This document shows positions 38,851 to 51,551 of a DNA stretch of 64,000 nucleotides, piece by piece. The notes under the pieces are model-generated. The model did no database searches. It saw only the letters and a list, made by a program, of their open reading frames with translations, and had not been told where the DNA came from. Source of the stretch: Spongospora subterranea f. sp. subterranea. Taxonomy: Eukaryota. Numbering within the stretch: position 1 is the stretch's first letter; the number at the start of each line of letters is the position of its first letter. Location: contig JAUGWO010000088.1 of assembly GCA_049724395.1 (NCBI GenBank), positions 1 to 64,000 on the forward strand. Reading direction: 5' to 3'. The position numbers and the translations under genes are program-made.

Positions 38851-40799
38851 CTATTTTAGATGTAGGGGCAATGTGAAGACTTTGCCCTTGACGTGCGGTT
38901 CCAGGTTCTCGCCGTTATACGATATCAGGGGGCTAATCTCGCACAGCTTGTGGTCGTTGGGATTGGTGAACGACCCGCCCGCCGCTTGGATCAGCGACAT
39001 GTGGTATTGGGAGACGTCGTCTCGAGCCGTATCGGGCGAATCGGGGCAACTGTTTCCCCGGGCCATTCTTCACAGCTGAGAAGTTTCCTTGACGTTTAAC
39101 CATAAAAGCGCATGGATTTTTGGCGAGAGCCAGGCCGTCCTTGAACAATCAGATTATTTTCAAATACTCATCAAGCAGTTCGATGATCTTACGAAAATGA
39201 ACATCTCTAATTTTACTCCATTATTTTTGTCTGGTTTGATCAACGTACCGTTGCTATCGATGTACGGGATCTTTTTATGGGCAACATGATATCTATAAAA
39301 ATCGCTGAAATCAGACGCACATGGTTTGGGCGTCGCCCTTACGGAATGCTTGTTGCAATGGCAGAATCAATGAAAGGTACGGAAACGCAGTGGATAGCGA
39401 TATTAGCGGCCCGATAAACCAAACTTCCATCAGGATTTTTGGCCTGTGCCAATGCACCGGGCATTTCGCTATATTCTACGACTGCTGCCTTGCCGTCTTT
39501 CATTGCTAAAACACCAACGCTTTCAGATGGGTCGACTTTCTCCAGGACTTTGTTGCCAAAATCAACATTGTTCAAAGCGCCTATATGCAAGCGTCAAATT
39601 TTTCATCAAGAAAATCACAGACAGCACTGACAATAGCCGATAAATTCAGGATCGGCAACTTGAACAAGTACATTGTCAACCGAATATATGAAAACGTGGC
39701 TAACTCCTCTGGTTTTCATGTCGTCCAACATTCCACTGTCACCCAACGCTGAGTATATCCCACCATTCCCGTTTGGGCTCCGAGATGGAGTGGTGAACGA
39801 TTCCATAACTGTAAACGTCAACTTAAACACAGGCGATGATTAACCAAGGTTTCCACATACTAAGTTTTCCATCTGTTGTTAAACATGGTAAGGTGCCCTG
39901 TTCGAAGAAAAATACATATTCTTTGGGATACCCAAAGTAGTCGTGAGACTCAAAGAAATCGATGGAAGGCTGATTCGTTGCTGGCGATGTCATGATGTAC
40001 CTAACTGGGCGTTAAAGCGTATTCGGAAAATTGTCATCAACCTACCATGGAATGAATTGTGGGGCAACGTCTGAGCGGGAAAATATTTAAAGACATGATT
40101 GGCAAAAATTGGACTTTAAAACTGACCCAAACCATAAACATTTTCGCTGGGTGTGCCACTGCCCTCAGCAGCTTTTGTGGCAATGTTGTGAAGAGTTTGC
40201 AATCTCTCTGCTTGTAATTGAAACATACTTTTGCCGGATGGAAGGCCAATATCATACTGTCCTTTTGGCAGATCCGACCCCAAACGAGTTCCCTAACAAG
40301 CATAAGACGCGGCTTAGCGGAGGGGCAAAGCATAGCCAACGATGTAATCTACTTGACCCCCAGCCATAAGCAGAGCCGCAACTTTCCCATCAGCAATCAT
40401 CTGCAATCCTTTCCTCTTCCAGTTAGCTCGGGTTTGGGAATCTGCTTTCTCAGCCAGAGTAACATTTTTGAAAGGTTCGATTTTCGCTGATATTGATGAC
40501 GACACTTCTCCTGTGGCTCGATGTCAGAAAACACCATTGCTTGCTGATCATGACGGGACTGCTAACCTTTTGCATCGGCTTTAACCACGGAACAAAGCTG
40601 ATCGACAAGTTTCAAGTCGATCGCCTACACATTTGGAGAACTGCCTGAAAATGCATATGGAGAAAGGAAACCGCAGAGTATTTACTTTCAGATTGGCAAT
40701 AAGTTCGTGTTGCTGGGCGGCGTTAATTTTGCCAATACCATTGAAGACATGGCTTTGCTGGGAGAATTGCTGCTTAAGGCTTGACAGAGCCGAATCCAT
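38851..40799 (-). CDS. UAP1: UDP-N-acetylglucosamine pyrophosphorylase, multi-exon; one apparent +1 frameshift
   Basis: [97 protein letters not shown]. Confidence 0.95.
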
Positions 40800-42338
40800 T
40801 TTTTAGCAACGGAGGTCGTTCGAGGAATCCGTCGTTTATCAGCGGTTCTCACGATTGTAGAAATCTTTTGATGAATGAAATCGCACTTTGTTGTGTATAC
40901 ACTGATAAGGGGCTGGAGCAGTGTCCGACTGGCAACTGTACTGTGACCGAGTCGCAACTATATACACCTATCGACTGCCCTGACTTTAGGGTTGACCCAC
41001 TTCTCTTTCGCCACATTCCGGGTCAGATTCCGCCATCAGGTTCACTCAGTCGGCGCCTATCGGGGCCGCTCCCGTCTTGGAACCAGCTTCGCCTAGGCTG
41101 GTATCATTCCACAACTCGGCGATGGCCGGGAAATATCCCGGCACGGCCGATTTGTACAATGCTGGATAGATTCTACGTCTAAAGGATCGCGTCAACAAAA
41201 GTTTGAGACCAACCCACAGACCACGACCCCATTACCCCAGAACTGAACGTTGATTTTATCGATGAACTTTTTGTTCAGGTGGTCCGGTGAACGTAGAAAT
41301 GATGATCATGGCTACAACGAAGCGAATGTACTCGGCCGTTTTGGTGTGATGGACATTTTTGACATCGCCCAATTGCAGAATGCTACAAGCCTAGGCAACT
41401 TGGGTTTCGATTAACATCAAAATTTCTCGGGCGAGACGCCGCGACCCTTTGGTTTGCTAGATTTCAAGAGATTTGCTCGACTACAATTTAATTTAGACCT
41501 CCTGCTGATTTAAGGAAATGGTCTTCATCAACAATTCCCCATTATGGGATATCAACCCGTATCCGCCAGGATGAAACATTCATACGTTTTTTCGACTGCG
41601 TTTTGCCACCCTTGCAAGCGAAGATCAACCAACAAAGGCAATGTGCAGCAGGGCAGTATTGACACTCTATTGACCCGTGAATAGGGGCGAAATCGGCCAA
41701 TTTCGGTGAGATAATCGTGTTTAGTGATGTCTGCCGGATTTTTCGGTGTCGGATAGCGAACTGCCCCTTCCTAATCATTGTCCTGTACATCACAAATATT
41801 CACTGACATTCTGGCCATCACATGTTTCCCGAGACGATCAAAACCCTTGCCCGCCTTCGTGACCCATTCTAACTCGGGTTCGACGTTCGGAAAATGCAGT
41901 TCCTACATGTGCTACAATCGATGCATTTTTTATAGCAATGAAAACAGTGTAGCTGATAACTGCAATAGTAATTGTTCTAACGAGATTATTAAAGAAAATT
42001 TTTGACCCCACAAGAAGTGAACTCAAGTCGAGCGGTTTGGGTTTTCTTCAAGCTTAGGGAACAGTTTCTGCAAAGAAAGGTCTATAAACATCAAACGACT
42101 ATTATTGTTTCCACGACAGGTGGCGACCACACGACCAAGAACCGGCACTTGTATTGCGGCGCGACGGACTCCCGCTCTCCCATGTTGCTGTATCAGTGTA
42201 CATGAGTGGCGCGACCTGATTGTACTGTGGTTATCAGGCCAGGCCCAAACTACTACGGGTAGAGACAAGCGACTCATATTGGTCAGAGGGCGCTACCGCT
42301 AACGATCGCATCCAACGGGGACGGGTAGGGATTCAGGG

Positions 42339-43082
42339 ATGCCACAGGCGATGCCATCGCAGGGCTTTGTCAAATTGCTGCTTAGGGGGTTGCCGGAGTC
42401 CACCAACCTGCCGGAATGTCTGGCGGAACTCTCGTTAACGTCTTTATACACACAGCATAATGCCAAGCAGAAAACGGGTTGGATTGCGTTAAGTCCAGTG
42501 CCTTTGGAAGACGCGTTGGTCCCTTTATGCAAACTGTTGATTGCGACGACGCATGCAGAGTTGATCGAAAAGGCTCCATTACAGCGCATACCCCGTTCCC
42601 AAACTCGTCGTGATCCCACGGTTAATACTATCGAATCTGATCCGCATTATCAAGCCTTTTTGGAGACATTAGCTGAAGATGGATCGCTGAAACCACCTGT
42701 TAAGCCGGCTTTCGATCCCGACGCTGAAGTCGTGAAACCTAAAGAGATCCCTCCTATTGTTGCTTTCTTAGCCGATCGTGAACGGAAACCTCGTTCTGGT
42801 CCCGCTCCTGTTGAAGCCGATTCAACCTCACGAGTGCAACGACGCAAAAAACCGAAAAAGAAGAAGGATAAAAAAAAGAAGCATGATGAATTTACTTCTG
42901 AGCAGCGCCCATCCCAAGCGCTTCCAAAAGGCAACCGTGCCAAACCTGACGTATCTGGGGGAGGCGTGAATTTTAAAATTTTGTCGAAACAAGCTTCTGG
43001 TGCCGTCAATGATCAACCAAACGATGGTTCCCAGCACCGACGACCACCGAAGCCGATGGCACACCTGAGTAATCCGGAATGA
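42339..43082 (+). CDS. UPF3: Nonsense-mediated decay factor Upf3-like (Smg4/UPF3 family)
   Basis: KLLLRGLP; IEKAPLQRIP...RDPTVNTIESDPHYQAFLETL; Lys-rich tail. Confidence 0.75.
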   Translation: MPQAMPSQGFVKLLLRGLPESTNLPECLAELSLTSLYTQHNAKQKTGWIALSPVPLEDALVPLCKLLIATTHAELIEKAPLQRIPRSQTRRDPTVNTIESDPHYQAFLETLAEDGSLKPPVKPAFDPDAEVVKPKEIPPIVAFLADRERKPRSGPAPVEADSTSRVQRRKKPKKKKDKKKKHDEFTSEQRPSQALPKGNRAKPDVSGGGVNFKILSKQASGAVNDQPNDGSQHRRPPKPMAHLSNPE

Positions 43083-43233
43083 TTTCGATTGCAGTGTTCG
43101 GCATCGTTCAGAATTCGCTGGCATGGCGTTAGATGCATCACGGGTGCGAATTTCATATCGGTCACGATGCATCTAAGTTTTGTGGTGACAGATATCAGTA
43201 AATTTCAGGGTATTACTGCTGTGGACTTTGATA

Positions 43234-44309
43234 TTAGTGTATTATTCTATCTGAACAGGACCTACCCAACGTCATCTCGTACATCCTGACAGTATTGTTA
43301 TAAGAGATCGTCGATAGTATTTGTGTACGCGAGTCCTTATTTGTTATGCTCATGTAGTATATCCATGCTTGGTCATCGTCACGTTCAGAAATTATCTATC
43401 GAAAAGGTTGTATCAGTCTTGTTTGCAGAATGTTAATGGTCCAAACCTTTCCTTTATGGATGACTTTCCATCCATTGAAATGTCCAATGCAGATAATAGC
43501 ATCAGCCTCTTCTAAAACTTTGCATGAGATGATTTTGGTGACGGCGTATCCTACATCATATAGGATTTCGAAATCATCCTGGGTCATGGTATAGATAATG
43601 CCAGTATCGCCAGCAATAGCCACGTCTTCAACTTGGCAATCATTTAATGAACTGAAATGCCCAACACAAACTGTCTGGACCTCTATGGGGGTTTGTATCT
43701 CACCTGCATAAACCCTAATACACCACATAATCGGCAAAAGAATTCGGTAATGTTTTGCGAATCTAACCCGTTGGCGACGAGAGTTAACGTTGTTGCATCA
43801 CTTCTAGCAACAATCAAATATCTTCCTTTCTTCTCGCTACCTTCTCCGAATCCATGAAGTCGAGCTGAAACCATGGCAGTGATTGCGCTTGGCAATTTAA
43901 TCTGTATCGATGGTTGCGTACCCGCTAATAACGCAATCGTGTCGTTATAGGATGCAGCAAAATTATAGTTGCCAAATTGTAAATGGTCGACACATAGATC
44001 GGTGATTGCAGCTCCAAGGCGATGCCGATCGAACAATTTAAAATGGTGATATATTGTAAGACGCCCTGATTGATCTCCCACAGCAAGAACTTGATTAACA
44101 GCAGTAACACTGAGAACGACTGAGTTAACAGGAGCCAATTCGGTTGGAGCTGCCGATTCATTCTGATACAGACATAATCGTCCATTCACATATCCAACCA
44201 GTAACGATACGCTATGCGAATCGTCAATGATTGGCAAGCAGCACGTCGCAGTCTGGAGGGGATCTACAGAGAGTGCAAAAAATGGCGAGGCAGCCCATAA
44301 ATCCACCAT
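43234..44309 (-). CDS. Beta-propeller protein (ITFG2/FG-GAP-like), probably multi-exon
   Basis: Repeated LLVGYVNGRLCLY, LAVGDQSGRLTIY, VAIAGDTGIIY and IICIGHFNGWKV blade-like segments; ends approximate. Confidence 0.5.
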
Positions 44310-44821
44310 GAACCCAGCAAAGCTAGGGTAATGAGCCACCTATGCCAACCGGAGAGGGAAATCAGCAACTCCGCCAAACGATTTACTATCCATAGCGATA
44401 AACACTCATGTTGACACCGTTATGGTATTCTGTTGTCGAGAACGGTGATAGTCGTGGCCCATTTATGATACTGGACACTGCCTCAACATGACACTGTTCA
44501 GACAGTGTTTAGACTGTCACTTTACTACTGTCATGTTACAATCTGGAGTGTTACTTTACTGCTGTCACCAATGACACTGTTTACTCTGTTTATACTCTCA
44601 CTTTCCTGCTGTCATCGTGTTACACTATTTTGAGTGTTACTTGCTGCATCATGTTACTACTCTGCTGTCATCATGTTACTGCTGCTATCATGACACTGTT
44701 TGGAGTGTCACCTGTGTGGTCATGCGGATTGAGCTCGGAAACTCCTTCGACTTCTTCTGTGTAGTCGGAGTAAATACATTTAAATACATATGTTTATTGA
44801 AAGTATTATCGACAATGAAGA

Positions 44822-45855
44822 TCAACACGGTATTGTCTTTCCTGTAGCGCGGTCGATCTGTGGGACACAGCAAGTCCAATATGGCGTCTCTAAACAGTCG
44901 GCATAATGACACCAACTGCATATACTGTTCCAGTTCGGGTATGAGAATACGATAAACCGTAGTTGAAGACGATTCTCTGACCTCTTAGGATCGTAGTCGA
45001 AGAAAAGTACTATTGTAAGCGCCGCAAACCATGCAATAATCGCTGCACATGCGAGAATCACTAATAGTATCGAATAGCACGGCTTGGATTTTTGTCCTGT
45101 GTCTGTGGCTCTGGTCGATCAACACAATGGAGCCGGCGAAAAAGCCGCAGATAAAGCCACCAACGTGGGCGAAATTATCAACGATCGGCAGCAATCCTGC
45201 ATGTCATATTGGCATCCATAATATCGATTCAATGCAAGTTTTACCTATTGCTAATCCGAAAGCTGCATTGATGATTAGATTGAGAACATAGAGCAATCTG
45301 TTCCCACCCATGATTTTATAATTGTGGAGGAAATCTCCGAATAGGGCGCCGATTAGTCCAAACTAATTTGGAGGTATTATTGAGATGACGGTTTTGGATC
45401 AGTAATGTTACCAATGCTCCTGATGCCCCAACACTAATTTGAAGTGGAAGGAACACGGCGCTTAGAAGATTGCCGCTAATTCCAGCCGATAGATATACAA
45501 TGCCACACCTCCACCAGCCAAAGGCCTGCTCGATGCTGCCACCTAGCCTCCATAGCATATGCATATTCATTAGAATATGGATCACGCCACCATGAAGGAA
45601 TGCGGCCGTCAGGAGCCTCCAATACTCTCCATGTAGGATTTTCGCAGCAGAATCTTTCGCCCCTAAATCGTCTAACACGGCCGCAGAAGGACCAAACGTT
45701 GGGTTGTCGCTGAAGCTTTCGAATTTCCAATTGTTCAAGTACATGGAGTATAAAAAGGCGAGCACGTTCACAACGAGCATGAGCGATGTGAACCCCCTAA
45801 CATGAATTTTTGGGGTCATTTGATTAAACTCTTGCCGGTGCCGATAATCGTCCAT
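44822..45855 (-). CDS. Rhomboid intramembrane serine protease, multi-exon; one apparent +1 frameshift
   Basis: NP.FGPS; EYWRLLTAAFLHGGVIHILMNM; catalytic SVGASGALFG; VDNFAHVGG; C-terminal CSWCHYADC...WTC. Confidence 0.93.
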
Positions 45856-47452
45856 AATGTCTGGCTACTAAAGTCGTTGGTAACCAGATGTTCCCGTCCC
45901 AGATAGCCCTTTCGTTGTCCGAAGCCGTGGCCCTTTTGGCCTTTGGGTTATCAATCGGGATCAGAGATGATCGTACAGTCTGACCGGTAACATTACGCCT
46001 CACGTCTAGATATGTGACGTCGGCAATGGATGGACGCGCGTGTCGTCTCATGCAGTATCCACCAATTTTGGTCCTCTTTGTGGAGATTCGACTGTGATAA
46101 GATCGAATGATCGAATGATTGAGAATCGAACTGAACTTGAAAAATTGGCATTTATCATACAAACAACGGTTGATTAGTACCTTGGATTGTACATGAATCA
46201 GGAGTTAAAATTTCGCTAGAAACCAATAAGTCAAATTGGGACCGTGCAAGGTTTTCTATGCTCATGTTTGCGAAATTGCCCTGCCTGGATAAAAAACCAT
46301 GAGCGATGGGGCATGGCGATCGGTGTCGAACCATTCCACCTCATATTGTTTGGTCCTAAGATTTACGAAGAGTTGTTCGACCCATCGCATATTGGCACTC
46401 ACTTCCCATTATCCCCCCAAGGTGGTGTTCTAGACTCCTAATTCAGTGATTCCTCCATTGCACATCTGCCAATTGTAATGCCAGTTCGGATCATTTATTA
46501 CTGTGTAGTGTTCTAGCGATTCTCTTTCTTCGATCGGGATTTTGGACAAAGCTATGAAAATGCTGGTGGTTGAGTGTACATAACGGGATTAATTGAAATT
46601 ACTGCACTGTGGTTGAGTCTTCAACCGCATTGGTTGCGTGTGTACAACGGCTGTGGTTGAGCGTATATATCGGCAGTGATTGACCAGTTGTAACGTATAT
46701 GAGGGCAGTGGTTGATTGTATATAACGGTAATGAATTGACTATCGCACCAATTAAACAGTCCATTTCACTTTAATTTCAGTCATCTGTTCGCAACAGCTC
46801 CCGACACCTTCACCAATCAGTGCTGAGCACGATAACGTCCCTGTCTTTTTAGGTTTATTCAAATGGTTTGTCACGAAATTCTCTCATCACCCCGCTCAAG
46901 ACCATTGATATTATGTCGTCATGATCTGTAGTCGGCGTTCTTCAATTTCCAGAGTCTCCTTTGTGTAGTATTGCTCATAATTTGCACATGCGCCTATATC
47001 CATGCTAGATGGCCATCTCTGTTGGATTCACACAAAACAGGGTTAGTATCAAGTTATCACACACAGTCCCCCGTTTGTTCATATTCAATCTTCAGGTTTC
47101 GAGGATTATTATGGAAATCAGCGCGTATTGGTATAACTGTATCTAATCCATTTCTTTCTTCGTTATTGATGTAGTGCCAACCCAGGTGAACGATTGAGCC
47201 CTGTCATCAGCTTGTGCTGTTTAGCGATGGGATTCAGCACCATATTCCTTGTATCTTAACCTCCACTATATAAATATTTCGCCAACCCGCAGTTCTTGGC
47301 CGTTTTGTTTTCCATTTTTGTTTTTAGTTAGAATGCGTTTATAGTTTGACGGTACTCTGGTTCTGCTGTGTCGAGGGACCGACGTTTTGGGGTACTCTAT
47401 CGACGATCGTTATCAAAAACACTCTTAATTCGTCCTACTTCATATATCCGTC

Positions 47453-48074
47453 ATGGCGGTTCATACGACATCAAAGCGGATCTTGTTGGTGTTCAACGGG
47501 ATCACCCTTGTATTGGTAGTGACGTCGCCTACCCGGCAACGCTGATCTCGATAACATATTTATATTTTAGGGAGGTGTTCTATTAGGATTATCGGCCAAA
47601 GCTGTACAGACGTCCAAATTCGATCCCGCAGCGACATATGGTCTTCTGGTCTTCTCCATATTTGTATTTAGTACCGGGTTCCTAGGGTATTTTGGCGCTC
47701 GCAACGAATCACGATTCCTATTGCTTCTTTACATGATCATCGTCTCGATCGTCACGATCCTTATCGTCGTATTCTGCGCCCTGGCGTTCAAAGCGGCGAC
47801 CGATGACGACGCGTTGAACAAAACGTGGGATAGCATGAGCTATGCTGATAAACGCGAGCTAGCTGCGAAACTAGGCATAGATCTGCCGGAATCGGAGGCG
47901 GACGGCAAAGCGAAAGCCATCGCCGCTCGAGATCATGTCGTGGATGTTGCTCGTCAACATCTTCGTGCAATCGCGGGTGTTGCCGTCGCGACAGGATCCG
48001 TCCTGATCCTGTCGATATTATCGGCCGGCCATTTACGGTCGAAGCTCAAGGGAGCCCATCGCCTTCCCGTCTAA
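47453..48074 (+). CDS. Tetraspanin-like four-TM protein (2 exons)
   Basis: KRILLVFNGITLVLG; GFLGYFGARNESRFLLLLY matches the tetraspanin TM2-TM3 motif; fourth TM near the C-terminus. Confidence 0.7.
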
Positions 48075-48107
48075 ACGCCAATGGAATAAACTCTCCCTCC
48101 GCTCGTT

Positions 48108-48897
48108 TTAAGTGTCCGACCAGTGCGTTTTATTCGATAAAGCGATGGCGTACTCCTTATCACCAATCTTGACGTGAATTCGATCGACGATCGTGTCGAT
48201 TCTGGCATAGTTGATGGCGCCCGGCAGTTCTGACAGTTCCTGGAAATGATCTCCCAGTATCCACAGTACAGTGGCGTGGGGTTTGGCTGGATTATAGTAT
48301 AGCGCCAGGCCGAAACGGGACATGACCGAATCGACAGCCGCGATCATCTGAAGAACACGATCGTTATCGTTCAAGGTCATTCCGAAGAACGTTCGGGGAC
48401 TTGTCCTCGTTGATGAATGCGGCCACGCCCTGAAACCCAATAGTAGATGAGGGCAGGTGAACGAGCACGCTCTCGATGGCGCGAATAAACGGCTGGATTT
48501 CGTGGCGGCGCAGGGTGAACGTTTTCGACAACGATATGTGGATATCGCGAGCGGGAACGGGGATCAGATCGGGGCGGCTGGCGGCGATTATCGATTGGCG
48601 AATATCGGCCAACAGTGCGACTGTGGAGGATGGGAACCGGATATAGACCGAGGAGGCGTACTGGCCCTGGACGTGAGGGAACTGTCGCACACGTTGGTCG
48701 TGATCCGCTGGGTTCTCGATCCGGCTTGGATCGGCCAGGAACTCGCCGGCTGGTCGGAGTCGAATCAGTCGCCGTCTTGGTCCATTGACGACTTCTTGGT
48801 CGAGATCAGGTTCCGGTTTATCTAGATCGGGGATCGGGGGCGCATCGCCGACGTCATGATCGGAATCCGACGGATATTGGCTTCTGATGGCGTCCAT
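48108..48897 (-). CDS. USB1: U6 snRNA 3' phosphodiesterase (2H family); one apparent +1 frameshift
   Basis: HDQRVRQFPHVQGQYASSVYI; HISLSKTF; FINEDKSRTF; YYNPAKPHATVLW (two HxS/T motifs). Confidence 0.92.
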
Positions 48898-49476
48898 GAA
48901 ATGGCCATCGGCGGAGTCCGAAAATGGCCAACAACTGGGGACATCGTTACTTGGCGATAACGTCACAATACCGTTGTAACATATATAGATGGCGATTTTT
49001 TCCAGCAGCGGATTGACGACGAACACGATCCGGAGCCCGTTTTCTGATAAATAGGGAAGGTCGTTAGCTCAGGCGTACTAACCCATTGCCAGATGGCGAA
49101 ACCGATTCGCCAACGGATGGAGGATTGAACCTTGAGGCGCGATCAATGGGCCGAAAACCCAGTTATAGCCGCCTTCAGTTGTGGGATTTACCGGTCGATA
49201 TTATCGCCATGATTGAGTCAGCTCTCTCACCGATCGCCGCATCCCTCACCTCACCCTCCCTGACCATCAAACCCGTTTGATCCCGTCCAGTTCAAGATAT
49301 GTCGCCATTCTCTAATAGTATCTGATCGCAGAATGTCCATCCACTGTCAACCCGGTCGTGAGTTGAGTCAACATGGCGATAGCGACAGAGAATCTTCACC
49401 TCCTCCTGCCCATCTCTCTCGCTCATAATTAATATTCACGACAACCTCGAATTCCCCCGATCTTAATCGCATATAA

Positions 49477-49707
49477 ATGCCATCGTATTGGGCGCTATTG
49501 CTGCCCATCTGTCTCCTCCTCCTGCTATCGTCGTTCACCACGACCGACGCCTGGGAACACGGGATCGGCATCGCCCGAATGTTCCACGACAAGCAGGGAC
49601 CGCACCGCCTGCGGCGCGATCGCCCGTCGTTCATGGCCCACGACCGAGTCGAGAAAGGATTCGAGGGCGTGGGCGGGTTTGGCGAAACAGAATATGGACC
49701 GGAATGA
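49477..49707 (+). CDS. Small secreted protein (76 aa), unknown function
   Basis: Signal-peptide-like MPSYWALLLPICLLLLLSSFTTTDA-W; GC-rich codon usage; motif shared with the neighbouring gene. Confidence 0.7.
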   Translation: MPSYWALLLPICLLLLLSSFTTTDAWEHGIGIARMFHDKQGPHRLRRDRPSFMAHDRVEKGFEGVGGFGETEYGPE

Positions 49708-50265
49708 TTGAAACTGGCGTTAGCAATCGCCATTTATTGTCCCCAAACGCCAGTCATCGTCCGGGTCAATGTTCAACCAATCCCGAATTTCGTTCATCAT
49801 TAAGTGTCATTCCAATCAATTCACTAAAATTATAAATGATAATGTAGTTCATATCAGTTTTGCGACCTGAAATTCGGTAGTTTCATTTCGCCCCAATCGT
49901 CGAATTTGTAAACGATCTCAGGACGTTTTTTATCGATTGAACACCACTTCAGAAGATGGTCCAGGGAATGTCGTCGTATTTTCGCTAGATGTTGTTGTTT
50001 TTTGGTGTTGTTTAGGTGGGAAATCGTGTCGATCAGATCGGTGAGTTGGAGTTGCGAAAGAGGCGGGCGAGAGAAGACGATGATGATCGAGATGGGGATG
50101 GGCGGAACGGGGACGTTGACTCATCACGTTGAACAGATACGATGGAGTCACCCCCTGGAAGATTATCTGACTCATTCAGATCACGACCGGAATCGACGAG
50201 CCATTGGCGAAACGCTCCACGGAAAGCGACACAGCAGCAATATTTGTCAAAGAATTAATTCATCG

Positions 50266-50511
50266 ATGAAGGCGACGTTGCTGATGGCGATGGCGGTGAT
50301 GGTGATGGGGACGGTGATCCATGCCTGGCATGGGCATCACGACGACGGCGACGAACACGGGCACGAAGGGATCGGCCTGGGGAACCTGTTCCACCCCAAC
50401 CACATCGCGTTCGGCCACGAGAACCACGACTTCCGCCATCACGACCACGTAGAACATGGCGACCATTACGGATGGGAGGACGATGACCAGATGAACCATT
50501 GGCAGCATTGA
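50266..50511 (+). CDS. Small secreted His-rich protein (81 aa), unknown function
   Basis: Signal-peptide-like MKATLLMAMAVMVMGTVIHA-W; 16 His in a 61-aa predicted mature part; strong C-ending codon bias. Confidence 0.8.
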   Translation: MKATLLMAMAVMVMGTVIHAWHGHHDDGDEHGHEGIGLGNLFHPNHIAFGHENHDFRHHDHVEHGDHYGWEDDDQMNHWQH

Positions 50512-50786
50512 TCGCCCATTTACAATTATTATTCCAACATAAACAATATTCGTCTGGTTTTCATCATCACACAAAAATATTCGTCGCCGCGCTCACACCG
50601 ATCGCTCAGCAACGACAATACACCAGTTCTCTACGTTCGAAGGATTCCACAAAACACCGAACTACACAGAGCCCGTTCGGCAAATGATTTGGCGATGAAA
50701 ATCGGTGACGGAAACGCATTTGGAAAAAGTGAAAACAGAGATTGTATAATGGTGAGGATTTTGGCCAAAACAGGACGTGATCAGGA

Positions 50787-51551
50787 TCATTCCTTGATTT
50801 TCTTCTTTCCGGTGAGGCGACCAGTACGACGCGCGGCGATGAGACCGACCTTCTGACCGGCCGGGGCGTCCCGCCTGCATGTCGATGGGTGACCGATGTG
50901 CTGGTGATTACCACCACCGTGAGGATGTTCAACGGGGTTCATGGCGACACCACGAACGTGCGGCCACGAGTTCCGCTTGGCCTTGTACTTGTGGTAGGCG
51001 CGCCCGGCCTTCAGCATGGGCTTGTCGCAGCGACCGCCGCCGGCCACGACGCCGATCGTGGCGCGGCACTCGGAGTTGACGACCTTCTTGGCGCCGGATG
51101 GGAGGCGGAGACGGGTCTTCTTGTCGTCGGTGTTGTGGGAGATAACGGTGGCGTAGTTCCCGCTGGTACGAGCCAAAGTACCACGATCACCTGGGGTCGC
51201 CTCAACGTTGAAGATGAGGGTTCCTTCGGGCATGGAGCCGAGTGGGAGAACGTTGCCAACGGTGAGTTGGGCGGTTTTACCACAGTAGACGAACATTCCT
51301 GTGTAGAGACCTTCGGCGGCGATGAACATCTCCTTGTTGGTCTTGTACTTGTACGGGTGGCGGAAATCGACGCGGGCCAATGGCGCTCCACGACCGGGGT
51401 CATGGATGATCTCGCGAACGACGCCCTTGACGTAGCCGTGGCGCTCCGAGTAGTCGACCGAGCGAAGCTTGGCCGCTCCCTTGCGGTGCTTGGTATGGGA
51501 CTTGAATATACCCCCAGCACCCTTTCGCTGGCCGCGAATAACCCGACCCAT
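50787..51551 (-). CDS. RPL8: 60S ribosomal protein L8 (uL2), intronless
   Basis: [61 protein letters not shown]. Confidence 0.99.
   Translation of the reverse strand: MGRVIRGQRKGAGGIFKSHTKHRKGAAKLRSVDYSERHGYVKGVVREIIHDPGRGAPLARVDFRHPYKYKTNKEMFIAAEGLYTGMFVYCGKTAQLTVGNVLPLGSMPEGTLIFNVEATPGDRGTLARTSGNYATVISHNTDDKKTRLRLPSGAKKVVNSECRATIGVVAGGGRCDKPMLKAGRAYHKYKAKRNSWPHVRGVAMNPVEHPHGGGNHQHIGHPSTCRRDAPAGQKVGLIAARRTGRLTGKKKIKE

Noticed and set aside
40950..42280. Possible tyrosine-recombinase remnant and a small spliced gene on the minus strand
   Set aside because: Could not assemble a consistent frame or a convincing motif.
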